NCBI GenBank assembly: GCA_048013815.1
Contig: CM106586.1
Span: forward strand, 23,126,001-23,190,000
Length of the DNA stretch: 64,000 nt
DNA from: Setoptus koraiensis
Lineage: Eukaryota > Animalia > Arthropoda
Reading direction: 5' to 3'
Below the pieces are notes generated by a model. That model was not told where the DNA came from, ran no database searches, and saw only the letters and a program-made list of their open reading frames with translations. Shown here one piece after another: positions 47,931 through 60,750 of this stretch. A program made the position numbers and the translations under genes. Position 1 is the first letter of the stretch. Every line of letters begins with the position of its first letter.

Positions 47931-49508
47931 ATGGACTTGATGCTTGACTATGAGACTATAGAATGTGATCTTCTGGTGTGCTATCTGCAATGCAATGTCC
48001 GAGGACTAAAAAGGGCTGCCGATTGGGCATCGGAATTGTCTATTTCTTTAAGCAAAAACTCCGATGACAACAACACCACCTCACATATTGATAAGTCTGT
48101 GGATATGGACGCCGAGGATGATAGGGACACATTAACAGACATGAATGGATTGGAAATGTTTAGGCACCAAGACTCATTGCTCAACAAAAGATATAGAAGA
48201 GCCAAAAGCTGCTTTGATTTAGGCGAGTACGATAGGGCAGCACATTTTGCTAGCAGTTGTAGGACAAACGATCAAAAATTTTTACATTTCTATTCTAGAT
48301 ATATGTCGGCAGAAAAGAAACGATTGGACCTTATGACGGAAACCACCATGACCATTAATAAGACTGCTTTACAGGCTTTTGTCGAATTAAGAAATGATTT
48401 GGAAAGAGGAATGTCAACAACTCCACCTGATAGCTGGTACCTCTATGTTTACGCCATTGTTTTGCTAAAATTAGATCTCACAAGTATGGCCATCAAGGCT
48501 CTTGTTGAAGCTGTCAAGATGCATCCATTGAACTGGCCGGCTTGGCAGCAATTGGCCGTTGTTATTGAGGATAAACCTCATTTAGATTCATTAGATTTAC
48601 CTAATCATTGGTTTAAAATTTTCTTCCTCGGAATCGTTTACATGGAGATATTAATGAATGAGGAGGCTCACGATTTGTATACAAATAGATTGGGTAGATA
48701 TTTCTCAAACTGCAACTATGTTAGAAGTCAAATAGCAACAGCGCAGAATAATCTGAGAGATGTTAATGCAGCTATAAGTCTATTCAAACAAATTAGAGCA
48801 GATGATCCATTCAGACTGGACAACATGGATACCTACAGTAACCTACTATATGTGAGCCAACTTAAGAGTGAACTAAGCTCTCTAGCTCATTCTGCCAATG
48901 AAATCGATCCGTTCAGGGTAGAGACCTGTTGTTGCATAGCCAACTTTTACAGTCTAAGGTCGCAACACAACAAGGCAGTTGTATATTTCTCTCGAGCACT
49001 TCAGCTAAATCCAGCCCACATTGCCGCTTGGACTTTGATGGGGCATGAATATATGGAAATGAAGAATACAGGAGCGGCTATACAAGCTTATAGGTCTGCC
49101 ATAAATTGTAACAAGCGCGACTATAGAGCCTGGTATGGTCTTGGACAGACATACGAAATAATGAAACAACCATGTTATAGTTTATATTACTACTCAGTGG
49201 CTAGTAATTTGAGGCCCAATGATTTTAGAATGATTATTGCGTTGGGTGATACATATGAGAAACTGAATCGCGACGATGATGCGATAAAATGTTTCAAAAG
49301 GGCAGGCGGTGGTGGCCTCGCTAAATTGGCCGCTATGTATGAAAAGAAAAATGATAGAAAGAAAGCTTATGAGGCTTACACGGAATTGATCCAATGGTCC
49401 AAGCAAACTGGAGCTCTAGCACCGACTGCACTGGATAGAGACAGTGACTTCAATCATGCCACAAAGTTTATCGAGTCCTACAACAAAGATGGCTATGGTG
49501 CGACTTGA
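47931..49508 (+). CDS. CDC23: Anaphase-promoting complex subunit 8 (CDC23), intronless
   Basis: RGLKRAADWASE, AKSCFDLGEYDRAA, DPFRLDNMDTYSNLLYV, ETCCCIANFYSLR, AWTLMGHEYMEMKNT, RDYRAWYGLGQTYE TPR repeats. Confidence 0.96.
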   Translation: MDLMLDYETIECDLLVCYLQCNVRGLKRAADWASELSISLSKNSDDNNTTSHIDKSVDMDAEDDRDTLTDMNGLEMFRHQDSLLNKRYRRAKSCFDLGEYDRAAHFASSCRTNDQKFLHFYSRYMSAEKKRLDLMTETTMTINKTALQAFVELRNDLERGMSTTPPDSWYLYVYAIVLLKLDLTSMAIKALVEAVKMHPLNWPAWQQLAVVIEDKPHLDSLDLPNHWFKIFFLGIVYMEILMNEEAHDLYTNRLGRYFSNCNYVRSQIATAQNNLRDVNAAISLFKQIRADDPFRLDNMDTYSNLLYVSQLKSELSSLAHSANEIDPFRVETCCCIANFYSLRSQHNKAVVYFSRALQLNPAHIAAWTLMGHEYMEMKNTGAAIQAYRSAINCNKRDYRAWYGLGQTYEIMKQPCYSLYYYSVASNLRPNDFRMIIALGDTYEKLNRDDDAIKCFKRAGGGGLAKLAAMYEKKNDRKKAYEAYTELIQWSKQTGALAPTALDRDSDFNHATKFIESYNKDGYGAT

Positions 49509-49597
49509 ATGTCCTGTGAATACCAAATCTGCATTTTGTCGATATTGAATAAAACCAAACTCACAGGTTGATTTACTGAATGAGTCATCTCAATAGT

Positions 49598-50977
49598 TTA
49601 TTGATAACATTTTTCGAGTGGAGGTTCTACGAAATATGGCAAACGACCTCGTTGCCAATCGTTGAGTACCATCTTGGAAACTGTGTTAACATCAGGTTGA
49701 CCACCTTTGAGTAGTTTTCCTGTTCTCCTGCCGATCATCTCTAAGAAGTGATTCGCATCTGTCCATTCGTCAATCTTGTAATGCTTTAACAAAAAGTCTT
49801 TATCAACGCGTCTTAGAAGTTCCGGTATGTGAGATTCTGGTTCTTGAATGTTTTCTACTCTAACAACATTTTTTAAAACAATATCCGTGTCGGATTCACC
49901 CTGCGGGTGCACAACGCCGGGACAATCTATAAGATATATACCTTTCATCAGAGATATATATTGCCAAACTTTGGTTTCACCGGCAATTGGTGCGACATCG
50001 CAGACTTTTTTGGATTTTAACGCGTTGATCAAAGAGCTCTTACCAACATTCGGATAACCAACAATACCAACGCTTATTTGTTTCTTGTCGTCATGGAGCC
50101 GTGCAAACTGCCTCAGTAGTCCAAACAAATCTGCCTTACCAAATGGATGAGTCATTGATGCTCTGAATGACAAAGTGGGGTACTCTTTGGACAATATGCC
50201 TACCCAATATTTGGTTACTTGAACAGGAACTAGATCACATTTATTTAGCACTATGACCAGATGTTTGAAAGGCTTTTCTTTCTTGAGGTAAGTCTCTAGG
50301 TAAGTAGATCGCGTCCCCATTGGGTCTCTCACGTCTACAACTTGAATTAGCACATCGGACGAGTCGATGACTTTGAACAGTTCATTATATATTCTCTTGG
50401 ATTGGCCAGCCTTTAGAAGAGGATCACGCTTTTCATCTTTGAATTTCATTTCTCTTTTTTCTTGTTGTGAGCCTAATTGAAAGTCAGCTTCCTCGCTGTA
50501 CTCGGCTTGTTTTTTTTCTGTTTCCACGATAAGATCGGCATAATCGTGAGCCTTGATATTTGGCCTTTTTTTCTTGGCCTTCTGGCTGAAGACTTTTTGG
50601 AAGGGCTCAACTTCCAGTATGTGAAATCTGGAATGTTTAGCGCGCTCGTTCAACAATGTGACGGGCAGTTTGGATGTTTTAATAACAACCTGAGTGGGTT
50701 CTCTGATAGTTTTCGCTAATTCTTGTTGGAATATTTGCAAGGCATCCTGTGTGACGGTTCTAGTGTTACCAAACCACTTCTGATTTGGCGCGATTCTGGC
50801 CACAGTACCACTCTTTTGGTAAGATAGATAAATTGCAGGCTTGATTATCTTTCCTTTAGAACTTCTAATTGGCTTTCCACCTTTGTACATCAACAACCGT
50901 TTAATCGTGGCTTTGTCACGAAGGTTGGTTTGGCCCTTCTTTCGGGGCCGGTCGACATTTAGGCTGTGATTAGACAT
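49598..50977 (-). CDS. GNL2: Nucleolar GTP-binding protein 2 (GNL2/Nog2), intronless, 459 aa
   Basis: NGP1NT N-terminal domain ([23 protein letters not shown]). Circularly permuted GTPase G4 NKCD, G1 [10 protein letters not shown]3 DCPG. Ends with [12 protein letters not shown]. Confidence 0.96.
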   Translation of the reverse strand: MSNHSLNVDRPRKKGQTNLRDKATIKRLLMYKGGKPIRSSKGKIIKPAIYLSYQKSGTVARIAPNQKWFGNTRTVTQDALQIFQQELAKTIREPTQVVIKTSKLPVTLLNERAKHSRFHILEVEPFQKVFSQKAKKKRPNIKAHDYADLIVETEKKQAEYSEEADFQLGSQQEKREMKFKDEKRDPLLKAGQSKRIYNELFKVIDSSDVLIQVVDVRDPMGTRSTYLETYLKKEKPFKHLVIVLNKCDLVPVQVTKYWVGILSKEYPTLSFRASMTHPFGKADLFGLLRQFARLHDDKKQISVGIVGYPNVGKSSLINALKSKKVCDVAPIAGETKVWQYISLMKGIYLIDCPGVVHPQGESDTDIVLKNVVRVENIQEPESHIPELLRRVDKDFLLKHYKIDEWTDANHFLEMIGRRTGKLLKGGQPDVNTVSKMVLNDWQRGRLPYFVEPPLEKCYQ

Positions 50978-51744
50978 TGTTTTTTCAGGAATAATACCAG
51001 TGTCAATAACAACTGTCTAGGTTGATAAAAAGGAACGTCTAACTCGGTCTGCCGGCACGTGCTCATGTGGCCGCCCAGCGGTCTGGCTTGCGAACTAGCC
51101 AATGACCGCCCTATTCAAACGCCAAAATATAGATTTCACCAAAAGATGAGAGCATTTTCTCGAGTGTGCAGACGAGCACAGACGAGTGCAGAAGCAATTT
51201 AGAAGAAGCTTTTGTGCTTGGCTTGTTAGAACGCTGATCAATGCAATTTCTGTGATGAAGTTCGCAGCTCACAGACAACCGTCAGACGCTCTGTGCGCTC
51301 TCGAGCTGCACAGTCCGTTTCCATGTGCGGCTGCAATGTGTAACTCTACAATCCAGTAATGTAATACAGTACATGCGGCGATTCACAGCTTCCGGCTATC
51401 GCCGATAGGAGGCTATCTTTTGACTGTTTTCACTTCTGATCGGTCACAACTTGTGACTCACAGGCGGCCGAGACAACTTTTTTTTCTCTCCACCATATTA
51501 CTTTAATGTCGACATATGGCATTGGGTAAATTGTATTATTACTACATGAAGGCACATCGTTTTACCTTATATCTACTATTATTCATCATTGGAAACATGT
51601 TTCCATTATTGCAATCAGGAATTCCTCATCAATTTATCCATCTTTTTTAAACTATGATCATAGCCAGCCCTTTAGATGACAGTTGTAACAATTATAGACA
51701 TAACACTCACAAAATTTATTAGGTAATTATTGACATTCAGAAAC

Positions 51745-54700
51745 ATGACCGACTCGCATGTCAGCAGGGTCGTATGTTACAATTCTAGGAGCATTTTATT
51801 ACACGGATATCTGGCGCCATTTATAGTCTTGCAAGCAATCATATATTATGCCTTCACAGATAACACCTCAAACAATTTGCTTCCTAAACAACCCGTGGAA
51901 GGACCAAACAGCAACAGTAGTACGCCACATGACACCACGACGCTACAAGCGCAAAAAGTCCTTAACGATGAATCTAGCCACTTCTTTGAACACTGGGTGA
52001 TAGCTGTAGCTGTTGTGATAGCCACCCAATTAGTCACATATCTCTTCTGTCACTGGTCAGTAGATGTTAAATGTTTTCTATCATTTAATAAGTGCTACGA
52101 TCCTTATAAAGCCTCATATGTCAAGGTGGTTCCAACAGCCAACAACGGCTCAACAGAACTGGTTGTTCTCCATAATGATATCACTTCAGTTAAACAAACA
52201 GGTAAACCTGTGCTCTGGTTTGAGTTTCAGAAAACAAAATTTACCTACAATGATAAGATTCAAGAATTTACAACAGCCGAATTTCCCTGCGATGGGACAA
52301 TTTCGTTCTACAAGCAATGGAAAGGCTATCAAGAACCGCACGAAATTCAAGCAATAGAGCGTCGATATGGAAGAAACGAGCTCGAGATGGTGGTGCCGGA
52401 ATTCATGGAACTATTTAAGGAACGTGCGTTGGCTCCATTCTTTGTTTTTCAGGTCTTTTGCGTTGGTCTGTGGTGCTTGGATGAATTTTGGTACTATGCT
52501 CTTCTGACTCTTTTCATGCTTGTTACGTTTGAGGTTGTACTCGTCAAACAGCAACTAAGAAATATGCAAGAAGTTAGAAGAATGGGTAATAAGCCTTATA
52601 ATGTCCAAGTATTCAGACAGAACAAGTGGAAAACAATCAAGTCCGATGAATTGATTCCAGGAGACCTAGTCGGCATAACTAGATCAGAAAATAACATTGC
52701 GTGTGATATTTTACTTCTTCGTGGATCGTGTATTGTAGATGAATCAACATTAACCGGCGAGTCGATACCACAAATGAAAGAGCCCTTGGAAGATATCGAC
52801 TCAAGCGATACTAGAAGATTAGATATAGTTACTGATGCTAAACTTCATATAATCTCAGGTGGAACTAAGGTTCTGCAGCACACAGCTGCAAACAAAGAAG
52901 TTGGATGTGTAGGATATGTGCTCAAAACAGGCTTCAATACATCTCAAGGGAAGTTGTTGAGGACTATTTTGTTTGGAGTCAAAAGGGTCACCGCCAATAA
53001 CTTTGAAACTTTCTGTTTCATTCTATTTCTGGTAGTTTTCGCTGTTGCTGCAGCTGTTTACGTTTGGAACAAAGGAATAGAGGACGCAAAAAAGAGTCGA
53101 TACAGATTATTTTTTGAATGTACTGTTATTATCACTTCTGTCGTACCGCCAGAGTTGCCTATAGAATTATCTCTAGCCGTGAATACCTCATTGATGTCCC
53201 TTTCAAAACTGTATATATTTTGCACTGAACCATTCAGGATTCCGTTCGCTGGTAAAGTTGAATACTGTTGCTTTGACAAGACTGGAACTTTGACCAGTGA
53301 TGATTTAGTAATCGAAGGTGTTGCGGGATTGTCGTCCGGTAAATCTAAGCAGCGTGCACCTCTTGTTGATGCCGACACAACTAATCTACAGATCTCAAAC
53401 GCTAGTCCTGCAGAAAGAGCATCTTCAGCCATAACTGTTAAACCAGACTCGACGAAAGACAAGTCCGATCCTAAGGAAACCAATACAGAGCCCGTATCAT
53501 CTCTAGCAAATCATCACAATGTCACACCACTGAGCAAATGTCCTATTGAAACACTTCAAGTTTTGGCTTGTTGTCATTCTCTAGCCCATTTAGATGATGG
53601 GCTTGTAGGTGATCCACTGGAGAAGAAGATTCTTGAGGCAATCGATTGGAACTTTTCAAAATCTGGACTACTCACCTCGAAGAAGACTCGCTCACCCCCT
53701 CTGAGAATAGTTCAGAGATTTCATTTCAATAGCACATTGAAGCGCATGTCTGTCGTGGCTTCGGTCAAGAACGAAAACAGAAACGATTATTCATATATTT
53801 GCGCTGCAAAGGGCGCACCAGAAATGATGAAGTCCATGATATTGAATGTTCCTGCTAATTATGATCAAACATATCTGGAAATGTCGCGATTGGGTGCGCG
53901 AGTACTAGCGTTGGCCAAACGCAATCTCGGCAATCTTTCCGAAACGAATCTCCGAAATTTAACTAGACAAGATGTAGAGAAGAATCTGGAATTTGCAGGC
54001 TTTATTCTGATAACTTGCCCCTTGAAACCTGATTCAAAGAGCGTCAGCGTAGAATTGGCGCAATCTGGTCACAGGCTCATGATGATAACCGGTGATGCAC
54101 CATTGACCGCTTGTCATGTAGCAAAAGCATTGCATTTCATCAATAACGATGCACTGGTACTAACTAATTGCAATGATATCAATCGAAGTCAGTCAGCGAG
54201 TGTTTTAGACTCCGACAACAACGCCACTGGTGACAGTCAAAAGTTGACTCAAGATGATGATTTCAAAGACGACTCTCACAACCTCAACAAGAGTGCCAAC
54301 TGGTGTTGGACTTCCACAGATGACGAAGTGGTAATACCTTTCGATGATTCAAAATCAGTCATATGCAAATTGGCCCGACAGTACGATCTTTGCTTAACTG
54401 GAGACTCTCTATCCTACGTACTTGGTCATCATTGCAAATTGGCCGAGTTACTAATCGAGAGAACCAAAGTTTTTGCTCGAGTCTCGCCAAAGCAGAAGGA
54501 ATTGATTGTAACAACATTGAAAAGTGCTGGCCATGACGTACTAATGTGTGGAGATGGTACAAACGATGTTGGTGCTCTCAAGCATGCTCATGTCGGCGTG
54601 GCCCTACTGGCATCGAGCTCGTCTAGCGCTGCCGCTAAGAAAGCTCGTGACATTAAAATGGGCACAGCAGGATCGAACAGGGTGCCGCTAGAAAGTCTGG

Positions 54701-55938
54701 CACAGTCTGTCAATCAAAAGGTGACACCAAGCCAGCAAAATGTAGCTCGTGGTTCCTCCAACAAGCGCCCATTGCAACACCAGCAAGCCGTTAGCGTCAA
54801 TCCGGCTCAATCAGCGCAAGACAAGAGACGAGAAAAGTATTTAGAGGCCCAAAAGCGATGGAAGGAGTTGATGGAAGAGCAAGAAAGGGTACAGCTTGTC
54901 AAATTGGGTGACGCAAGTATTGCCGCCCCATTTACGTCTAGACTTTCTTCGGTTCAATGTACGTGTCACATTATAAAACAGGGAAGATGTACTCTTGTGA
55001 CAACTCTGCAAATGTTCAAGATTTTAGCCCTGAATGCCCTGTTATCAGCCTATTGCCATAGTGTTCTGTATTTAGATGGCATCAAGTTCAGCGATGCACA
55101 AGTTACACTGCAAGGCTTACTTAGTACTGCCTGTTTCTTGTTCATAACTCGTTCACAGGTAAGTACTCTCGATCTATCCTATATCGACACTTTATTATTA
55201 TTTATATACCAAGTAATTAATCAATCGTCATTATGTTCCTCTCTCTCTCTCTCTCTCTCTCCCTCGTTTTTTTTCTTTTTCTCCTTCTTTTGTTCATACC
55301 AAACATGTTGACAACAGCCACTTAAAAAGTTGTCAGCGCAACGTCCATTGCCTAACATCTTCAACATGTATACAATTCTGACAGTTACGCTGCAGTTTAG
55401 TGTGCACTTCGCGTCGCTAATATTCCTCTATGAGCAAGCCAGACACATTCAGTGTGACGACGGCAAGTCAACCGATCCACCTTGTCAAAAAAGTAACGCA
55501 ACCGCAGTAGATTCGGACATCATTAATGATGTCATTAATAATGGCACAGTTAATGCTACCAGTAGTGGTGGTAGTAGTTTACCACTGGATCAAATATCTA
55601 AAGAATTCAAGTCATCATTAATGAATAGCACAGTCTATGTGATATGGCTTTCGTTGCAAGTGGCGACGTTTGTGGTTAATTACAAGGGCCATCCGTTTAT
55701 GCAGAATATCAGAGATAACAAGTCACTATTGTACAGCTTTGTAGGTTCAATTTTTTTCATAATTGTTTGCGTGACAGGATTTTATCCAGATCTCACAGAC
55801 TATTTATCTGTGGTGAGATTCGAGCCAGAATTCCAGAAGGTGCTATTGTTAACAATTGGTTTGGACTTGTCAGTTGCATTTGCAATTGATCGTAGTTGCG
55901 ATTATTTGTTCGGTCGGGCTAAATTGAAACAGTTATAA
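51745..55938 (+). CDS. ATP13A1: P5A-type ATPase ATP13A1/Spf1 (ER transmembrane-helix dislocase); predicted exons 51745-55158, 55318-55938
   Basis: Phosphorylation site DKTGTLT, P5A motif VPPELPIELS, LTGESIPQMKE, MITGDAPLTACHVA and MCGDGTNDVGALK. Intron 55159-55317 (CAG|GTAAGT..ACAG) gives RSQ-PLKKLS. Confidence 0.95.
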
Positions 55939-58524
55939 AGTTGCCAATCGCCCTCATTATTCACAACACAAGATTTGCATAACGATGCAGCGACAATAAG
56001 ACAACTTAGGTGAATCTTCATCAGATATAAAAATATTGTATTATTAAACAAGATTACATTGAAAGAGTAAATTGTATTTCAAAAGAACATATGATATGAA
56101 TGATTATACATAAATAAGCTATAAAAGGCATAAAACTAAACTAAACCCGTGAGGTGCGAGCTTAATAAACTAATATAATTTGGCTTAATATCATTTCGCT
56201 GATAACATTTATTTTACAATTAAAGTGTAAATAGGAGCAGTTTAGCGTATCTGACAGCATTGCACCAACTAATGGAGAATTAAAGACCATCTATTGTATC
56301 ATTGTGCGCAAAGACAATTGTAATGGGAACGTCATTTCGCATAAGGTTAGCCTGTCGGGTTGTCGCCTAGGGCAACTAGCAGCAACAGTAAAAACAACAA
56401 CAGAGTATGTATTTGTTTAATGTCTTAGTAAATATCTATTAATTTTAGATGAGGAGCCCATTTCTCTCAGTCAATTCACTGAATTTTATTTGTCCATTAG
56501 TCGAGTTTGACCGTAATAATAATATGTGTGTGTGTGCCGATAGTAACTTGTTCGATAGCAACTCCAGTTAGTTACTATCGGCCGGTTATAGCGAAATGGA
56601 CTTGGCATGGCCTCGAGCCGGATAGCTGTCGATGGAGCTAGTTGATGTGTTTACCCGTGAAAAGAATTCGATTGGGAGCAACACAGAAATGGAGTTTGAA
56701 AGAGAGGGAGAGAAATAAAGGGACGGCTTAGCATTTTAATGGATGAGGCGCGCCAATCTTTACTGATCAATAATCATCATGGTGGAATGTGTTTGCTCAG
56801 CGCCCTCTGCCATGTATATAACTTATTTATAGGAGCGATAAAGAGAATGTGGGCCCTTATCGTGCTCTATCGCGTGGACCTCGTTCTTTCGCTTTGCGGC
56901 TAGCGATACAGCCAAACAGAGAACTGGTGGTAGTGGCCAACATATCCCAAAGAAATTAAGGACTTGGTGCAACGCTAATAGACTGGTAGTATAGCGGCGG
57001 GGCAGCGCGAGTTAGCGCTAGAGAGCAAGAGCGAGTCAGATCATCAGAATAGGCAACAAAGAACAAATTTTAGATTGCCGCGAGCATGCGCCCATGTCCG
57101 AACGCCCCTATGTCCTCCCGCTCGTAATACAAAAGCGCGTTTGTTTGTGCTTGAATACATTCAGCATCAGATCCCTCATGGCCACGCTTAGTTGTTAAAT
57201 GATTGCAAAGTAACCGTATAACGTTATATATATATATATCTATACACGCATTTATATCTATTACCCTCACAATTTCGCTGCCTGCTTTTATTTCATACAC
57301 TATTATTTGTTGTTTGTTTCTGTAGCATGTGTGTCGGCGAGTGCATTGTGTTTGAGTGGAGATATAGCAGCGGAATAGGAGCGAATTGAGTTGACAACAA
57401 CAGTAGCAGCAAATCGACTCGACTAGAAGCATCGACAGAATTGTTTGGAATTTCAAACAGAATCAAATTGTTTGAACTGAACCAATTTGAAATAAAACGA
57501 ACGAACGCAACCAAACGAACACGACACAATTTAATGAAATGTAGTCCTCCCAGCGGGATTCAATCAAATCTTTTCAACCCACAGTGATCAGCAGTATCCC
57601 AGAAATAATAAGGTAGCGCCATATCTGATCTGATATTGGCATTGCTGTTGTAACATTGTATGTGTGTGTGTCACCGGCGATCTTTGCAGCGGGTCAGTCA
57701 CCAAAAGTTGTCATTGTAGTATTGTGGTGGTAAAGATCAAGTGATATCGATAGCACAAGTGAATGTCCAAGACGTGTGCCCCAAAATCAGTCAACATTCA
57801 ACGACTAAACAACGAAACTTTGTTAGAGAGAGAGAGATCGCTGTTAGACACACAACCTCATCTCATACATGTAGTGATTACGTCAGCATGGCCAGTTAGT
57901 TAATGGTACAAACAATACCATTATACCCATTGAGTCAGTGAGCCAGCCAGCCAGCCAGCATCTTGCATCATCTGTATATGTCAGTTTTCATATCCACAAA
58001 CACACACACACACACACGCACACTTACACGCACACACACTCACATCGCATATTGTTTGTTTGCATAAACACACTGCAAAAGCTTAGCCATAGCTTGTTAG
58101 CGCGTTATATAACCGTTATAACGGTGCTTTATATAACGAGCCACCGTTGAACGATATATTATTTCTCCAGTGGTCTTGATAGAGATCATTATCATCATCC
58201 CGTGCTCACCATTAGCGTCACATCATTAGATGCTATATAATGTTGCCAACAAGAATATATCGAGATGATGAAAAATTTTGTTCACTAACTGTGAGCAACG
58301 ACAACCACAGTAATAACAATAATAATAACAATAATAATAGAAGACATAATAATATTGTTATTATTAATAGTAGTAATAGTGATAACTGTGATGCGTGTGA
58401 AAAAAGAAGATTTGTCTTTTGTTGTTGTTTGAATTGTCGTGTTGTCAAATTTGATAATAATAACAAAACCGGATATTACAATCACAAGTCAGCCCCAACG
58501 CGACATGAACTGTTGTCAAGATCA

Positions 58525-60157
58525 ATGAAGAGAAATAACCAAAATCAACGCTTACTTTTTATACAATTGTGTCTGTTTATGTGTCTGACACTGAACTTGT
58601 TGTCTGCGCAAGTTAGCGCCCACTCAAGTAAGTAATAGTTGATAGCCGCTTGTAGACAGGCATCATTAATAATCATTACGTAACCACCTTTAGCTTCTAT
58701 GGCTTTCACTTGTGCGTGTGTGTGTGTGTGTGCGTGTCATGTCATCACTCTCTTGCTCTTTGTATTTTTTTCTCTTTCTATTGCTCATCCGAATAAATCG
58801 TTGCTATAATGATTCTAACTATATAAAACGCTATGAATTGATTCTATCACAATTTATCCATTCAATTGGCTGCTGCTGCAATCATTAATCAATAATCAGA
58901 CGCGGAGCTCGCGCCTCATGGTCTCAGTTGTTACGCTTGTTCCACAATGGACAACGAGGCGTGTCGTTCACTGAAGCCAAAATCTAATCTGGCCTCTACT
59001 ATCGGTCTGACCGCTCACATGAACATGTTGTCCACCTCTCAGAGCACTGTTTCCACAAATGTGGGTACAACACTACCAACACCAACAAACAAACAAATAC
59101 TCGAAGAAACGGTGTCGTCGTCTCCGGATTATACACCGGGTGAATTTTCCGGACGCGATGACAATGTCAGCCACTACAGGTATCACCATCAACGTCACCA
59201 GCATTTGCATCATCATCATCAGCAGCAGCAGCAAGATCAAGATGATCATCAAATCCGGCACCATCAGCAAGTAGAGGCCACTAATGATATGATAATGCCC
59301 TACAGCGCCAATGATTCGTCGTTGGGCGCCTCTCTAAACACATTGGAATCAACGCAATTGGTCCAATCAAACAGGAGCCACATCAGATCGAGAATATGTA
59401 ACACAGACGAGAATTTTTGTTCTGTTGTATCTATTGTGAGATTGGAGTTCGTCAATAATGCATTCGTTAGTAAATTTTGGGCCTTAGAAAGGTAAGCCGA
59501 TTAGAGTGACGCGCTTAGGCGACCTTGCCACAAACTGCGCTCTGTGTAAAAAACTCACCTCATAGACAAATATTGGCTTATGTTAATCAGTTGGCCAGCT
59601 CGCAGCCCGCTCACTGGCTGGCTGGCCGAGGCGTGGGCGCGAGCGCAACAAAATTAATTGAATTATATGCACCTTGTTGTTACAGTACAGCACCAAAATA
59701 ACCTTGCGTCGTTGTCATTGTCTCCATCAATTTCCCAATCATCTATGCCACCCATGTACACGCGGACTATCTCATCGCCACTAATAATCTATCTGGTGAA
59801 ATAACAAACCGTCTCTAAAAACACCCCTAAAAACACCTCCAAAAACACCTCCAAAAACACCTCTAAAAATGCCTCTCAAAATACCATGGAAAATTATAAC
59901 GATCTTTACGTAACGATATGTTACACAACGGTGCATCAATGATTGTTGCAATGTATAGAAACTGTTCAAAGAGTTGCAATCATGGCTGCATAGTCATTGG
60001 TGAGCGAATCAAATTAAGAATGTGCAACGAATGTTGTACCACTCCAAATTGTAACGTTGGCGACCATTCCAGTTCCCTGTTACCGTCAGTTGTTTTAGTG
60101 TACACTCTATTGTCTATATTGATTTTGGGCACAATAATTACGTCATCAACGTCATGA
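58525..60157 (+). CDS. GPI-anchored Ly6/uPAR (three-finger) protein with a large low-complexity insertion; predicted exons 58525-58627, 58900-59491, 59959-60157
   Basis: Signal peptide (LLFIQLCLFMCLTLNLLSAQVSA), LSCYACSTMDNEAC start, C-terminal CCTTPNCN Ly6 signature, then a spacer and hydrophobic GPI tail. Both introns have GTAAG donors and compatible phases (1 and 2). Confidence 0.82.
59812..59882. repeat. 12-bp tandem repeat (AAAAACACCTCY) x~6 in Ly6 intron 2
   Basis: ctctaaaaacacccctaaaaacacctccaaaaacacctccaaaaacacctctaaaaatgcctctcaaaatacc. Confidence 0.8.
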
Positions 60158-60710
60158 TAACAACATGGTCATCATATATGATATATGTATAAGCTCGACA
60201 GCTATGGCTGCTATCTCATAGCCGACAGACACAAACACCATCGCGGCGGACACGAGCACAAAGAAACAACAAACAGACAAACAAACAATTGAGTCATTGT
60301 GTTTGTGTGTCTAGCTTGCTGAGAGAGCCAGTTAGTTATCACGTCACTTGAGTCAAGAGCAATGTCTATGGCTCTTCATTATTGCACAACACAATCAACA
60401 TTACCATCACTATACAAATACACCTGTACCTACCTGAGTGATGTGTGACGTGCAAACTAGGACGTGACAGGAAGAAGATTATCACACATACACACAAGAG
60501 AAGGAAATCATGATAGAATAATAATAATAATAAAAAAGAAACTACTCATAAGCAAACATCATCAGCTCGTCCAATCAATGCAACTATCGCATATGGCTTT
60601 AGCCTTTTCTCGCCCTCTTTCTCCAGCTATTTCTATGCCTCTTGTCCCTAGGTAAATATGTATATCTGTTAGTATTGTGATGCAACTTTGTTGTTGTGTC
60701 GGCCATAATG

Positions 60711-60750
<40 letters not shown>

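Noticed and set aside
57070-58485. ORFs upstream of and antisense to the Ly6 first exon
   Set aside because: Driven by AAT/CA microsatellites; most likely promoter or 5'UTR sequence.
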